NCBI GenBank assembly: GCA_951406725.2
Contig: OX597816.1
Location: 119,660,001-119,724,000, forward strand
DNA length: 64,000 nucleotides
Direction: 5' to 3'
Source of the DNA: Octopus vulgaris
Lineage: Eukaryota
The notes below the pieces were generated by a model. The model had not been told where the DNA came from and ran no database searches. It was given only the letters and a program-made list of their open reading frames with translations. Each line of letters begins with the position of its first letter. The first letter of the stretch is position 1. A program made the position numbers and the translations under genes. Below are positions 1-12,135 of the stretch, piece by piece.

Positions 1-330
1 TTATCAACCCTATTATCTCCCCTAATTTTTTAATTGTATTGTTTTTACGTCCTGTTTTTGTCACATTTTTTTTCCTTGTTTTTGCCCCCTCTGCAAGGGA
101 ATTTTATTTAATTCTTTCGCAGGAAGGAGTAGTTCGACGAGACGTGTACTGTCCTCACCTTCGAAACACGCTGGAGTTGAACTAGGGACGCTGATGAAGG
201 GGATTTTTCCCTGTGTAGTTGTCTTGTACTCTGTTTTTTCGTTGTTAAAGGAATGGTCCATTCCATGCTGTTTTTACGTTTTCGTTTCTCGTTGAGTTCT
301 ACGTCTATTTGTGGTGTCCTGTACACACGT
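1..330 (+). mobile_element. Short interspersed repeat, probably a Penelope-like terminus
   Basis: Clearly similar to the reverse complement of 34695-34888 (GTCC..CTTCGAAAC..GGGAC..TGATGAAGGG..CGTTTCTC..TGTCCTGTAC); ends at a TA-rich tract. Confidence 0.5.
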
Positions 331-500
331 ATATATATTTATATATGCATGTATATATACATGTAGATGTAGGTACGTACATATATGTTTGTATGTATGC
401 ATATATTTTATTTATTACACTATTGTATGACTGAGCGTCTTCGCGTCGATTCGATTCGATTCGTTTGGTTTCGTTTCGTTTCTTCTTCTTCTCTAAGCTG

Positions 501-713
<213 letters not shown>

Positions 714-1235
714 TTTACATACATACATATATATATTCATACATAATTTCTTTTCTAAATTATGTCGGTAAACTCCAGCAGGTGGTCATCATTTATTACC
801 AGTGTATTAATAGAGAATGTTTGTGAATGCGATTATCATTTTAATAAAATGATTAAGTATGTCAAACACGTTTAGAAAGGAATATTTTACAAATTGTTGT
901 TATTGTGTGAACGAGATAACGAGTTATGTTGCGGTATATGAAGGCAAATCTTGGTAAAGTACGAGTTTAAATCGTACTTTCAGTTTGTTTGCTTTTAGAT
1001 AAAGCTGAGTGTAATTTGTAATTCCTAATCAATATGGTTACATATAGTTACTACTAAATAATATTTTAATAGACCTTTAATAGAATTACTTTTGCAAAGC
1101 GATTGTTGTTGATATCAGCAGAGTAATCGTAAGAAAATTCTTATGATATTATTCATCACAGAATTATTAGCGAGATAATTATCTTCCATACCTACAAAAT
1201 GCCTATCCAACACAACAGAGTAGATATGATGAGCA

Positions 1236-1705
1236 ATTCGATGATTGTGCATCCTGCTTATGAAGCGCTTTTTCTGTTCAACTTGCTTGCGCCTGCCTTC
1301 CACCAATCCATATAAACCAGTTTCTTTGAGAGTCGCGTGTCAGACATTCGAACAAAGTAGCATGCCCACCTGACTTGCACTCTCGTCAGCAGTGTATAAA
1401 TGCTTGGCAGATAAGCTTGAGAGAGGATCTCTGTATCTTGGACATTGGAGTTCATGTGGAAACTGTTTAGCTTTTGGCGATCGCAAATCGCCTAAGTCTC
1501 GCAGCTGCACAGTAGCGTAAGCAGAACAACACCTTCAAATTGGTGTCCAGCTGAAGGCTTCTCCTCTCAGAAACCGATTCACGTAGCCACCCGAATTCTG
1601 AGCTTCCATTAGCGATACATGTGTCGATTTCATCGTCAATGTTCACAGATTTGGAAAGTGTGTGCTGAGGTACGTGAACTTATTCAACAGCCTTCAAGGT
1701 TTCCA
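1236..1705 (-). mobile_element. RTE-clade LINE fragment (RT C-terminal region), degraded
   Basis: Minus-strand translation gives SVNIDDEIDTCIA, DTEILSQAYLPSIYTLL, QVRWACYFVRMSDTRLSKKLVY and VEGRRKQVEQKKRF, matching RTE/BovB-type ORF motifs; frameshifted. Confidence 0.85.
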
Positions 1706-1728
1706 CTATCACGACAGTGATAGTTTGT

Positions 1729-1788
<60 letters not shown>

Positions 1789-1907
1789 CCTGAGTAAGCA
1801 CGTGAATGTGAAATAAGGTGGTAAAAAATAGTACTCGAATATCGGAGGTAGAGTGATATGCTTTATTATTAAAGCTGCAAAAATATCGCAAAAATATCAC
1901 AAAAAAA

Positions 1908-1945
1908 CTGCTACTCAGTGTTTCACGTTCCTGTTCGTCGGGTAG
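1908..1945 (-). ncRNA. Degenerate minimal type I hammerhead ribozyme motif
   Basis: Reverse complement: ctac-CCGACGA-acaggaacgt-GAAAC-actga-GTA-gcag. Core variant and weak stem I; AATAAA lies downstream in an element spanning about 1790-1950. Confidence 0.4.
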
Positions 1946-1965
1946 ATGAAACGTATATACAAGTT

Positions 1966-2778
1966 CAGGATTCGAGTGAATCAGGTACCTGAACAGAAAA
2001 GCACCAAGTTCGGGCCAAAGAAATAGCAATCGCGTACTAAAACAAAATTAGAGGAACATATACGTACATACGAAGTACAGATGGATTAATATTCCAGTTG
2101 CGTACCCGATTACAAGCGCGCGACTGAATATACCACGAGTCTCAAGGGACGCACACTGCACCAGGTGCACTGTACTTAGTAGACTCCAGATCTACGCTAA
2201 TAGCAAATTCCGAGTATGGTGAATAATAAACAAATAACAACAGATAATACTGGTTCGTTCACTACAGCTGTTTCAAACGACTTTTTTTTTATTGATGAAT
2301 AGAGTTATTGCATTGTGAAAACATCCGTTTTCATCAGGTGAATAATATTAAAGAATTAAACATTAAAAAAATGTTTATATCTTTTAACTCGCTCATTATT
2401 TCTTAATGATTTTTGACTGGAACTTTGACGTCCAGTTATTTAAAGATTGAAAATAAAATAAACAACCTTATCTTTTGAAGTTAGAACAGAATATCAAATT
2501 CATCTCCTATTCTATATTCTACAGAACTGCTCCACGCCTCCCTTCCCGTTCCTGTCACCTTAATGATTTTCTTGTATAAATTACTAACTAGGGTAAGTGA
2601 ATCATTCTTTGGCTGAAGAAGGTAAGGAAATCATGAAGTGACACATAATGTTGATTCTTGGAGTGTTTTTTTTTTCTTTTTAATGTTTAATTCATGTATA
2701 TTCACCTGACGAAAACGTTTTATTTTTTTCGCATGATGTAATAATTCTATTCATCAATAAAAAAAACTCATTTGAAAC
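1966..2778 (-). mobile_element. Penelope-like element remnant with an inverted partial terminal repeat
   Basis: 1966-2345 is homologous to 10732-11105; 2696-2778 is an inverted copy of about 2267-2345; carries a hammerhead motif. Confidence 0.6.
2258..2342 (-). ncRNA. Type I hammerhead ribozyme motif
   Basis: Reverse complement: ttcac-CTGATGA-aaacg[long loop]cgttt-GAAAC-agct-GTA-gtgaa. Stems I and II pair, stem III is the palindrome ACAGCTGT, cleavage triplet GUA. Confidence 0.8.
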
Positions 2779-2800
2779 AATAGATATCTGATGCAGTTTG

Positions 2801-2834
<34 letters not shown>

Positions 2835-2847
2835 GATAGATAGATAT

Positions 2848-2923
<76 letters not shown>

Positions 2924-3230
2924 TGAATATATACATATACAATGAACAAACGAAGACGATGCATCAAAATTTCTCAGCATGGAAATAAATAAATAATGAC
3001 AACATCGAGTAAATTCAACAAGACTTTTTAAGTATAGTTTCATCATGTTTCATCCTTCGATACCTCGAGTAAAAACGTACGCACACGCACAAACACGTAC
3101 ACACACATGCATATATGTGTATTGGCTACTTTGCTATTATTCCCCTGGATCTTTCCTATAATTTGAACACTCATACATATACACGTATATATATTATATA
3201 TATATGTATGCATGTATACATGTATAGAAT

Positions 3231-3261
<31 letters not shown>

Positions 3262-3549
3262 CTATGTATGTATGTATGTATGTATGTATGTATGTATGTA
3301 TGTATGTATGTACGTATGTATATGTATACATTCATTTGAATCTGATAATCTTTTCCATCGCGAATCCATTGAAAGAATCAATGTATAGTACTAGACTCAT
3401 TATGTTCGCCAACAAGGCAGTAAAGAAGCAAGTTCTTGACACTCTCTAGTCCCAACCCGATTAATACAAGACCTATTTTAATCTTGCCCAATAAACGTCA
3501 GTACACACAGTACACAAACTTACATACATATATACATACATACAAGCAC

Positions 3550-3596
<47 letters not shown>

Positions 3597-4381
3597 CATT
3601 CATACATACATGCATACATACATACAAACATATATGTATGTATATGTATATATATGTTCATTTTTATTTCACAGTTGCTAAAAACTACAATATCTTTTTC
3701 TACAATCATTTACTTTCATATTTAAAAAATTTTGTTATTATTCTTATTACTGTTTCAATTATTGTGCGCCTTTCTTTTTCTTCCTTCTTTTCTTTCTTCC
3801 GATAGATTTCCGTTTGGTTTAGATAATCCATTTAGTTCAATTATGAAGTGACATTTTCAAAAGAACAAGGTCATTTTTCAAAAAAGTAACGTTAAGGACT
3901 AAAGGCTTAGAAAATGACAAATGTCTGGATGTCGGCTGCTCAGTGAAAATAAATACATTTTTTTAAAAAACTGTCAATGGTGAATTTAATATTAAAATTA
4001 AGCAACACAGGAATGTCGTCTGCGACTATGAGTGTTTCTGTAGCTGCTGCTGCTGTTGCCAATATAGTATTCCGTCTTAGTGTTATTCTGGTGTTAAATA
4101 TGATTGTTTTTACTGTTTGTTTGGTTGGTTAGGTCCTGGTTTGTCTTTTACTTTTGAAGCAACCATAAATTATATCAACAAAGAAATATAAAAAGAATTA
4201 CAAAATGGGAAAATAGATAGTGGCATAGGTAGATAGAGGAGATATACGTTGAAACGGAAACGACACAGGAGGTAAAAAAAAGACCCATACATGTACAGAT
4301 ATATATATATGTAGATATATGAGCAAATCTGTTTACATGCGTGTGTTTTTATGCGTGTGTGTGTGTGTATGAATATGTGTC

Positions 4382-4447
<66 letters not shown>

Positions 4448-4696
4448 CATATACAGATGCGGAGTCTGTATATTTCGACAAAAATATACTGTGATACATT
4501 ACAGTATGATTAGGAGACACATATATACACATAAATGCATTCAAATGTATAGATATGACTAAGCTGTCACTAAAAATATACTTGTGAATTCATGTTAATA
4601 TACGTAGATTAACTATTTCTATTATAACAGTAACTCTCAAACTTTCACTTCTCCCCTAACTCTCTCTCTCTCTTTCTCATTTATTTACGTGATGTA

Positions 4697-4727
<31 letters not shown>

Positions 4728-4776
4728 GCAAAAAGACATATACATATACTAGACACGTATATATAATACATATATG

Positions 4777-4817
<41 letters not shown>

Positions 4818-5239
4818 ATATATATATATATATATACACACACAGAGAGATTAGTATAAATATATACATACACACATAAAATATATACCTATACCTATAT
4901 GTATGTATGTTTGTACGTGTGTGTGTATGTAAAGTATGTATATCTGTATGTATGCGTGCGTGAGTCTGTACACGTAGATTAGATGATTAATTTTTTAAAA
5001 CTTTTTATGTAAACTCTGATGCATATACGTTATATATATCTGTATTTTAAAAGAACTTTACTTTGATTAATTCCAGAGCACGGCAATGATATACTAACCA
5101 AGATACATGACTATAATTTATAGATATCAATATATACAATATATACATATATGTATGTATATATATGTATATATATGTATATACATATATATATGTATAT
5201 ACATATATATATACATACATATATATATGTATATATATG

Positions 5240-5281
<42 letters not shown>

Positions 5282-5474
5282 TATACGCACATATACGCAT
5301 GTACGCACATACACATACGCATATACATGCGCATACAGACAGCGCTATTCGCATTCGTATATGCATATATGCGCATATATCTGAATATGTACGTGTGCTT
5401 GGGTGTTTTTGTTTATATAGTATTTGTGTGTTAAAAAATTGATCAATCATATCTAATATATCTAAGATCGTGCA

Positions 5475-5515
<41 letters not shown>

Positions 5516-5727
5516 CACATATATATACATACATACATACATACATACATACATACATACATACATACATACATACATACATACATACATACTTACTGAA
5601 CGATATTATATATGATTTATCAATATTTTATACACATACAGACACAGATACAGATATACATACACACACACACATGTATGTATAAGTACGCATATACATA
5701 TATATAGATGCATATATATATATATGC

Positions 5728-5759
<32 letters not shown>

Positions 5760-5816
5760 ATATATACACACACACAGACACACGCACATGCACACACACA
5801 CACATACACACATATA

Positions 5817-6936
5817 TACGTTAGGTGCATTCCAGAAGTTTTGAGTGGTTTTTTTTTCAGGAAAGACATTTATTAATTTCAAAGTACAAAACTCCAATGT
5901 CCTTCAGAACAGGATCCTCTAACCTCAATTCACTTTTTGTAGTGCTGCAGCCACTTCGTAAATGCCCTATGGAAGTTCTCTAAAGGTAAAGGTGCCCATT
6001 GACTCGCGTCACAACCTTCTTCTTTAACTTCTTTTACTTGGGGGTCAAACAAAATTGAAAGGATGCAAGGTCTGGACTATTGATAGTTTTAATGGTTACC
6101 AGGATGGAACTGTGGACTGGTGCATTGTCCCGGTGCGAGTATTCTGGCCTTTAATGACGAAATTTCTAGTACTCTTTGTTGAACGTCTTGCCAGAGAGCA
6201 CCCAGTGGCTGTAGATGAATCTCTTACTGTGGTAAAAGGGCATGAGCATAAGATTCCTGGTGGGCATACTATGCCCTGCTTCTTGTGCCAGCAAATATCA
6301 GATGCCAGGCTCATATGGATTAAGTTAATCCATAAGCAATTTGGGGCATATAATAAGTTTCCGTAGCATTTTTGCTCAGTTCAATATAAAAACTTTATTG
6401 CATTGCGAGTTTCCAAAATGTCTTCACGTTCCGATGGCATTCTGCAAACTGGTCAACTGTGACAAGCAATGTTTAGTAAGATATGTTCAGCCGTCTCTAT
6501 CAATCTGAGATAGCTAAAATCAGAAGGTCAGCTTATTATATGAATAGTAATGATATACTAAAAAGCAAATGTCTCGGTGGTTGGCGCGTCGGGTTCACAA
6601 TCATCAAGTAGTGGGTTCAGTTCCCGGATTGGACTATGTGTTGCGTTCTTGAGCAAGACACTTTATTTCAGGTTGCTCTGGTTCACTCAGCTGTAGAAAT
6701 GAGTTGCGACGTCACTGGTGCCAAACTGTATCTGTCTTTGCTTTTCCCTTGGATGACGTCGGTGTTATGGAGAGGGAAGGCTTGCCCGGTCTTGAGTAAC
6801 TTTCTAGGTGCAATCCCATGGTCATTCATGACCTCATGAGACCTTTACCATTTTACTTCACTAAAATTACAATAACCTAGGACAGCTATAACTACATATC
6901 CTAAAAAGTCTCAAATTTTTTGGAATGCACCTCATA
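5817..6936 (-). mobile_element. Tc1/mariner DNA transposon remnant
   Basis: Imperfect TIRs (AGGTGCATTCCAGAAGTTTTGAG at left; CTCAAATTTTTTGGAATGCACCT at right) in TA context. The minus strand near 5900-5980 reads ENFHRAFTKWLQHYKK*IEVRGSCSEG, like a mariner C-terminus. Confidence 0.65.
6575..6850 (+). mobile_element. tRNA-derived SINE with Deu/Nin-like central domain, nested in the mariner
   Basis: B-box-like GGGTTCAGTTCCC, then TTGAGCAAGACACTTTATTTCA..TTCACTCAGCTGTAGAAATG, shared with the SINE at 20618-20910. Confidence 0.7.
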
Positions 6937-7016
6937 TATGTATACACACGCACACACACACATATATATATATATATACACACGCACGCACATATATGTA
7001 TATGTATGTATGTATG

Positions 7017-7080
<64 letters not shown>

Positions 7081-7082
7081 GG

Positions 7083-7114
<32 letters not shown>

Positions 7115-7157
7115 CAGACAGACACACAGACACACAGACACACAGACACACAGACAG

Positions 7158-7216
<59 letters not shown>

Positions 7217-7218
7217 GG

Positions 7219-7270
<52 letters not shown>

Positions 7271-7305
7271 CACACAGACACACAGACACACAGACACACA
7301 GACAG

Positions 7306-7380
<75 letters not shown>

Positions 7381-7384
<4 letters not shown>

Positions 7385-7600
7385 GGTCCCGGGTTGATTC
7401 GGGGTTAACCACAGTAAATAAGGTACTCAATACATAGCAGAGTAAAATTAATTTATTATATAGAAGGAGCTTCTACAGGACTAGAACTGTTTCATTCAAG
7501 AGAAATCTTCAGGAAGCTCATGAAGATTCCTGAGCTTCCTGAAGATTTCTCTTGAATGAAACAGTTCTAGTCCTGTAGAAGCTCCTTCTATATAATAAAT
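7381..7600. mobile_element. Short non-autonomous Penelope-like unit ending in a perfect 70-bp inverted repeat
   Basis: Arms 7451-7520 and 7531-7600 are exact reverse complements; (TA)n on both sides. Confidence 0.65.
7532..7584 (+). ncRNA. Type I hammerhead ribozyme motif (mirror copy on - strand at 7467-7519)
   Basis: gagcttc-CTGAAGA-tttctcttgaat-GAA-acag-ttctagtc-ctgt-A-gaagctc: 7-bp stem I, 4-bp stem III, GUA site (cleavage predicted after 7577); AATAAA at 7594. Confidence 0.85.
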
Positions 7601-7810
7601 ATATATATATATATATATAAGTCAATTAGAGGATATATTAACCTCTTAAAAAAATTAGTATATCCAAGAAAACACTGGTTCTACAACTTATGTTTGGGAA
7701 ATAAAATTTCCCGAATTCGATAGGTATATATTTAGTACAAAATCCGTATTAAATTAAAATAAGAAAATGGAGAGTTAGTGGCTAATATTTATTTATAAGT
7801 TGATAATCAT

Positions 7811-7901
7811 TTCTTCCTACAGCTGTTTCATTGAATAAATTTAAAATTTATGCTTTAAATTTGCATTTATAAGCTATGAGTAAAATATCATCAAGGAAGA
7901 A
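7811..7901 (-). ncRNA. Type I hammerhead ribozyme motif (UUGAUGA variant)
   Basis: Reverse complement: ttcttcc-TTGATGA-[AT-rich]-GAAAC-agct-GTA-ggaagaa; 7-bp stem I; AATAAA downstream. Confidence 0.65.
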
Positions 7902-7947
7902 TTAGACATTAAAAAATTATATGTTAACCTATCTGTTCATTCCAACA

Positions 7948-8253
7948 GATACATGTGATAAAACTGAGACCAGACAACAGCAACAACAACAGCAGCAACA
8001 CCAACAACATCAATAACAACAACATCAACAACATATAGAGAAACTAATTCTTCAATGTCTATAATACAAATTTTTTTGTAGGTAGGCAACAAACACAACT
8101 ATTTTATAATATGTGTGAATGTATATATATATTGTTTGTTGCCTAACTACAAACAAATTTGTGATATAGACATTGAAGAATAAGTATATTTCGAAATATT
8201 AGTTTCTCTATATGTTGTTGTTGTTGTTGTTGCTGCTGCTGCTGTTGTTGTTG

Positions 8254-8285
<32 letters not shown>

Positions 8286-8319
8286 ACTGCTGCCCGGTCT
8301 CAGTTTTAGCACATGTATC
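7948..8319. repeat. Long imperfect inverted repeat (foldback)
   Basis: Arms 7948-8095 and 8133-8319 are reverse-complementary, including CAA/CAG versus TTG/CTG tracts. Confidence 0.85.
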
Positions 8320-8634
8320 AGACCAATGGTAAAAGGTCTTCCATTTTATCTGTCTTTTTCTATGTCTAATATTTCTTTGCCTAATATTTTCTTTCTTACT
8401 CAAAATGGCATGGTGTAATTCCATGCAGAATTAGCTGCTATTTTTAACAAGTTGAACGACGTTGTAAAGGCTTTCTGGTTGATTCATAATCAGTACATTG
8501 TTTTTTGTTGTTTTTACATTCACAAGTCAACTCTTATCGAGCAAACCTATAATCAAAGGCATCCCAGAAATGCCCATCCCGTCTTTTTCTTCAGTACAGA
8601 TACCATATGCATCATCCTATGCTAAGACTACAAC

Positions 8635-8673
<39 letters not shown>

Positions 8674-8675
<2 letters not shown>

Positions 8676-8869
8676 CGACGGGCTTCTTTCAGTTTCCGTC
8701 TACAAAATCTACTCACAAGGCTTTCGTCTCCCCGAGGCTATGGTAGAAGACACTTTCCTAGGTGCCACGCAGTGGGGCTGAACCCGGAACCATGTGGTTG
8801 GGAAGCAAGCTTTTTACCTCACAGCCACTCTTGCACCTAGCTTCTTAGCTCACAGCCACTCCTGCGCCT
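8674..8869 (-). mobile_element. tRNA-derived SINE family B (GGCGCAGGAGTGGCTGTG head)
   Basis: Same head as copies at 11556, 14580, 34431 and 46908; B-box GGGTTCAG; the 5' ~30 bp is duplicated. Confidence 0.85.
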
Positions 8870-8921
8870 ATATATATATATATATATATATTATAGTAAA
8901 TACGCGCGCGCATAAAGTATT

Positions 8922-9153
8922 CATTTCTTTATTGCCCACAGGGGGCTAAACATAGAGGGGACAAACAAGGTACAGACAAAGGCTTTAAGTTGATTACATC
9001 AACCCCAGTGCCTAACTGGTACTTATTTAATCGACCCCGAAAGGATGAAAAGCAAAGTCGACCTCGGCAGAATTTGAACTTGGAACGTAACATCAGACGA
9101 AATACCACTAAGCATTTCGCCCGGCGTGCTTATGATTCTGTCAGCTCGCCGCC
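8922..9153 (-). mobile_element. tRNA-derived SINE family A (Meta-domain-like) with 16-bp TSD
   Basis: Reverse complement begins GGCGGCGAGCTG; central TTTCATCCTTTCGGGGTCGAT..AAGTACC; TSD GCGCGCATAAAGTATT at 8906-8921 and 9156-9171. Confidence 0.9.
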
Positions 9154-9271
9154 CTGCGCGCATAAAGTATTGAAGAATTACATAGAAGCAATTGAAATTT
9201 TGAATAAAACAGAATTAAGTTATCGGATACATTATTTTTAAACGGACAGTTTGTTTTAAGCAAATTATTTA

Positions 9272-9792
9272 CCGTAAACCCTCGTGTATAATCCGCATAT
9301 TTTCCCCAAAATTTAATGGTCAAAATCCCTAGTGCGTACTATATACGAGGTTAAAAATGAAAATTATTTTCTAAGCAATGTCCGAGTCTCTATTTGCTGT
9401 CTGGCAATGTTTATTCCGACGCATTTTGTGATGTAGGGCGCGAAAATACCTTAAGCTAAGCCTGAAAGCAATGAAGTCATAAAAGAATCATCCATAACTT
9501 GCAATAAGCAACATTTATTAAACGTTATTACTGTTATTACTGATTTTTCTTTATTTTCTGGAAACAAAATGCACAAGAAAAGCTATACGTTTGCATTATG
9601 TTATATATACAATAATAATAAAGGACGTTACCGTATACAGTTTTACAAACCAAGGACGTTATATAGACCTTCTTGACTCAAGTTAAAGAAGGGGTGCGTA
9701 TTATACACAAGGTTTAGGTTTTTCAGAAGTACAGCCCCTAAAAATCCCCTGCGTATTATACTCAAGGGCGGACTATACTCGAGGATTTACGG
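9272..9792. mobile_element. Tc1/mariner-superfamily (Tc2/pogo-like) MITE
   Basis: TIRs CCGTAAACCCTCGTGTATAATCCGC and GCGGACTATACTCGAGGATTTACGG, flanked by TA; no ORF. Confidence 0.85.
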
Positions 9793-10029
9793 TATACAAA
9801 ATATATATATATATTTTGAAGACAATGTCCTTGTCAGAATACAAGCCACTTTTGGCGACTCATTTGAAAGTTTGTATCGCAGCTAATCCATTTGTACATT
9901 CCTTCTCCGATCATTTGCTTTCGTATGATCAAACTTCCCTTACATACGTGTTAGGTGTCGTTATTTCAATTGGAAGCCTTCGGTCAAGAGACGAAGTCAC
10001 ACTGAAATCGCATCATCTCGGATTGTAGA

Positions 10030-10690
10030 GAGCCCAATAGTCCATTTGTTGACGGTGATAATGCTATACTAGTCGCTGGGTATGATACCTTTCTGTACAA
10101 CTTTATTAACTCTTCAGATGACTAGGCCGTATCCCACTTCATCGGATTCACATTAAGAAGGCTCTTTATTTTTCATTCATTCTCCACATATTATAGCCTT
10201 TTATGATAACATTTCCACGCCTCTTTCTTTTCAGAGTCACAAAGCGCAAGTGTACCATTATCCATTCGTACACACTTCTCTTCTACAACATCTCAATTTT
10301 CTCCAATATGCTGTCTTGCAGTCTGGAACACTTCATACCTTTGGCATTCATGCCGTAGAAATTGGTAAGCTTCTTCCTTTCTGCTCCTCCCCTGCTAAAT
10401 AGACCTGTCACCTAGTTTCAATCCTAGATACCTGATATATTTCTCTGCTATCTTCGTTCTTCCAATAATTCCGAGCCTACCTATTTGCTGTCACGGTTTT
10501 GTCTGCTTCCCTATCGTGTCACCCTTGGTTTAAAAGAGACAGTGCACCAACCACATGTCTTTATCTTCTCCTCCTCGTCAAATACTTCTGTTGCAATGTC
10601 GTTAAATTTCTCACTGTTTGATAGATTATTAAACTTCCATTTCTTCCTTTTCCAAATTGGATTCTTGTGCCTCTGAGTTTTAACTCTAAG
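10030..10690 (-). mobile_element. LINE fragment (RTE-like, EN-RT linker), degraded
   Basis: Minus strand reads EEKCVRMDNGTLALCDSEKKEAWKCYHKRL*YVENE, typical of the LINE linker before RT; many stops. Confidence 0.65.
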
Positions 10691-10699
10691 TCTATGTGG

Positions 10700-10731
<32 letters not shown>

Positions 10732-10735
<4 letters not shown>

Positions 10736-11165
10736 ATTCAAGTGAATCAGGTCCTTAAATAGTAAAGCACCAAGATCGTGTCAGCGAAATTGCTATCGTG
10801 TACAAACAATATCTGTAAACAAATACGTAGTCACTAAAGTAAACATGGATTTATACTCCGATTGAATATTCAACGGAATATTCAACGAGTCCCAAGGCTG
10901 CACATGGATACAAACACTGCACTAATTGTACTGCACTCAACAGACTTCAGATCCAAGCGAAATACAGGTTCCGAGTAAGATGAATTATAAACAAATAGCA
11001 ACACATGGATTGTGGTTCACTACAGCTATTTCAGACGTGATTTTTATTGATTAATATAAGTATTACATCATGCGAAAAAAAGCCGTTTTCATCAGGTGAA
11101 TACATGTAAGAATTAAACATTTTGAACATCCCAATAAGTAAAACGTGCTATTTTTGACTCTACCA
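10732..11165 (-). mobile_element. Second copy of the Penelope-like terminus at 1966-2345
   Basis: Colinear similarity (GGATTC.AGTGAATCAGGT..AAAGCACCAAG..AGACT.CAGATC..TTCACTACAGCT); begins at (TA)n. Confidence 0.7.
11016..11100 (-). ncRNA. Type I hammerhead ribozyme motif
   Basis: Reverse complement: ttcac-CTGATGA-aaacg..cgtct-GAAAT-agct-GTA-gtgaa; one stem II mismatch and a U-G pair in stem III. Confidence 0.65.
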
Positions 11166-11555
11166 ACAAAATTTCGGCCAGAATATATATGTATGTGTGT
11201 GTGTGTGTGAAAAAGAGAGAGAGAGAGAGAGAGGAGTGAGTGAGTGAGTGAGTGAGTGAGTGAGTGAGTGAGAGAAAGAGAGAGAATACATCTCTACGTG
11301 CACCTGTTATAAAGTGTGTGTTTACTGAAGTTCTTTCGGGCGCAGTCAATGATCTCGCAATTCATCTCACTTTCAGATATTTCATTTTATTTAGACAGTT
11401 AAAGCAATCGGTAGATGCTTGATTATGAAAATTTCCCTTTATACATTATCATCCACTACCAATTGGACCGGCTGTTTATTACTATGTCTCGCTGACTGTT
11501 ATCATATAACACTATATCCACCAATAGCTACATACTGCTCACAAACGTTTATATG

Positions 11556-11716
11556 TATGGCTGGGTAGAAAGCTTGCTTTCACACCACATGGTTCCGGGT
11601 TCCGTCTCACTGAATGGCACCTCGGGCAAGTGTCTTCTACAATAGCCTCGGGCCACCTAAAACCTTGTGAGTGGATTTGGTAGACGGAAACTGAAAGAAG
11701 CCCGCCATGTGTGTGT

Positions 11717-11767
<51 letters not shown>

Positions 11768-12022
11768 TGTGTGTGTGTGTGTGTGTGCGTGGGTGTGTGT
11801 TTGACTTCATGTCTGTGTCTGTCCTCCAACCACCGTTTGATAACCGGCGTTGTTACGTTTACATCCCCGTAATTTAGCGGTTCGGCAAAAGAGAAGATAG
11901 AATAAGTACCAGGCTTTAAAAATATATCAAGTACAGGGCACGAGTCTTGCGACTAAAAAGTTCTTCGAGGCTGTGCTCCGGCATGGCCACCGTCTGATGG
12001 CTGAAACATGTAAAACGTAAAA
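11556..12022 (+). mobile_element. SINE family B with internal (TG)n
   Basis: CCACATGGTTCCGGGTTC..GGATTTGGTAGACGGAAACTGAAAGAAGCCC, then (TG)n and the 3' module TTAGCGGTTCGGCAAAAGAG. Confidence 0.85.
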
Positions 12023-12049
12023 GAAACATGTATGTATATGTATTCACAC

Positions 12050-12135
<86 letters not shown>

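Noticed and set aside
775-788. CTCF-like motif CCAGCAGGTGGTCA (similar ones near 15037 and 19856)
   Set aside because: Short motifs, two of them inside mobile elements; unsupportable without binding data.
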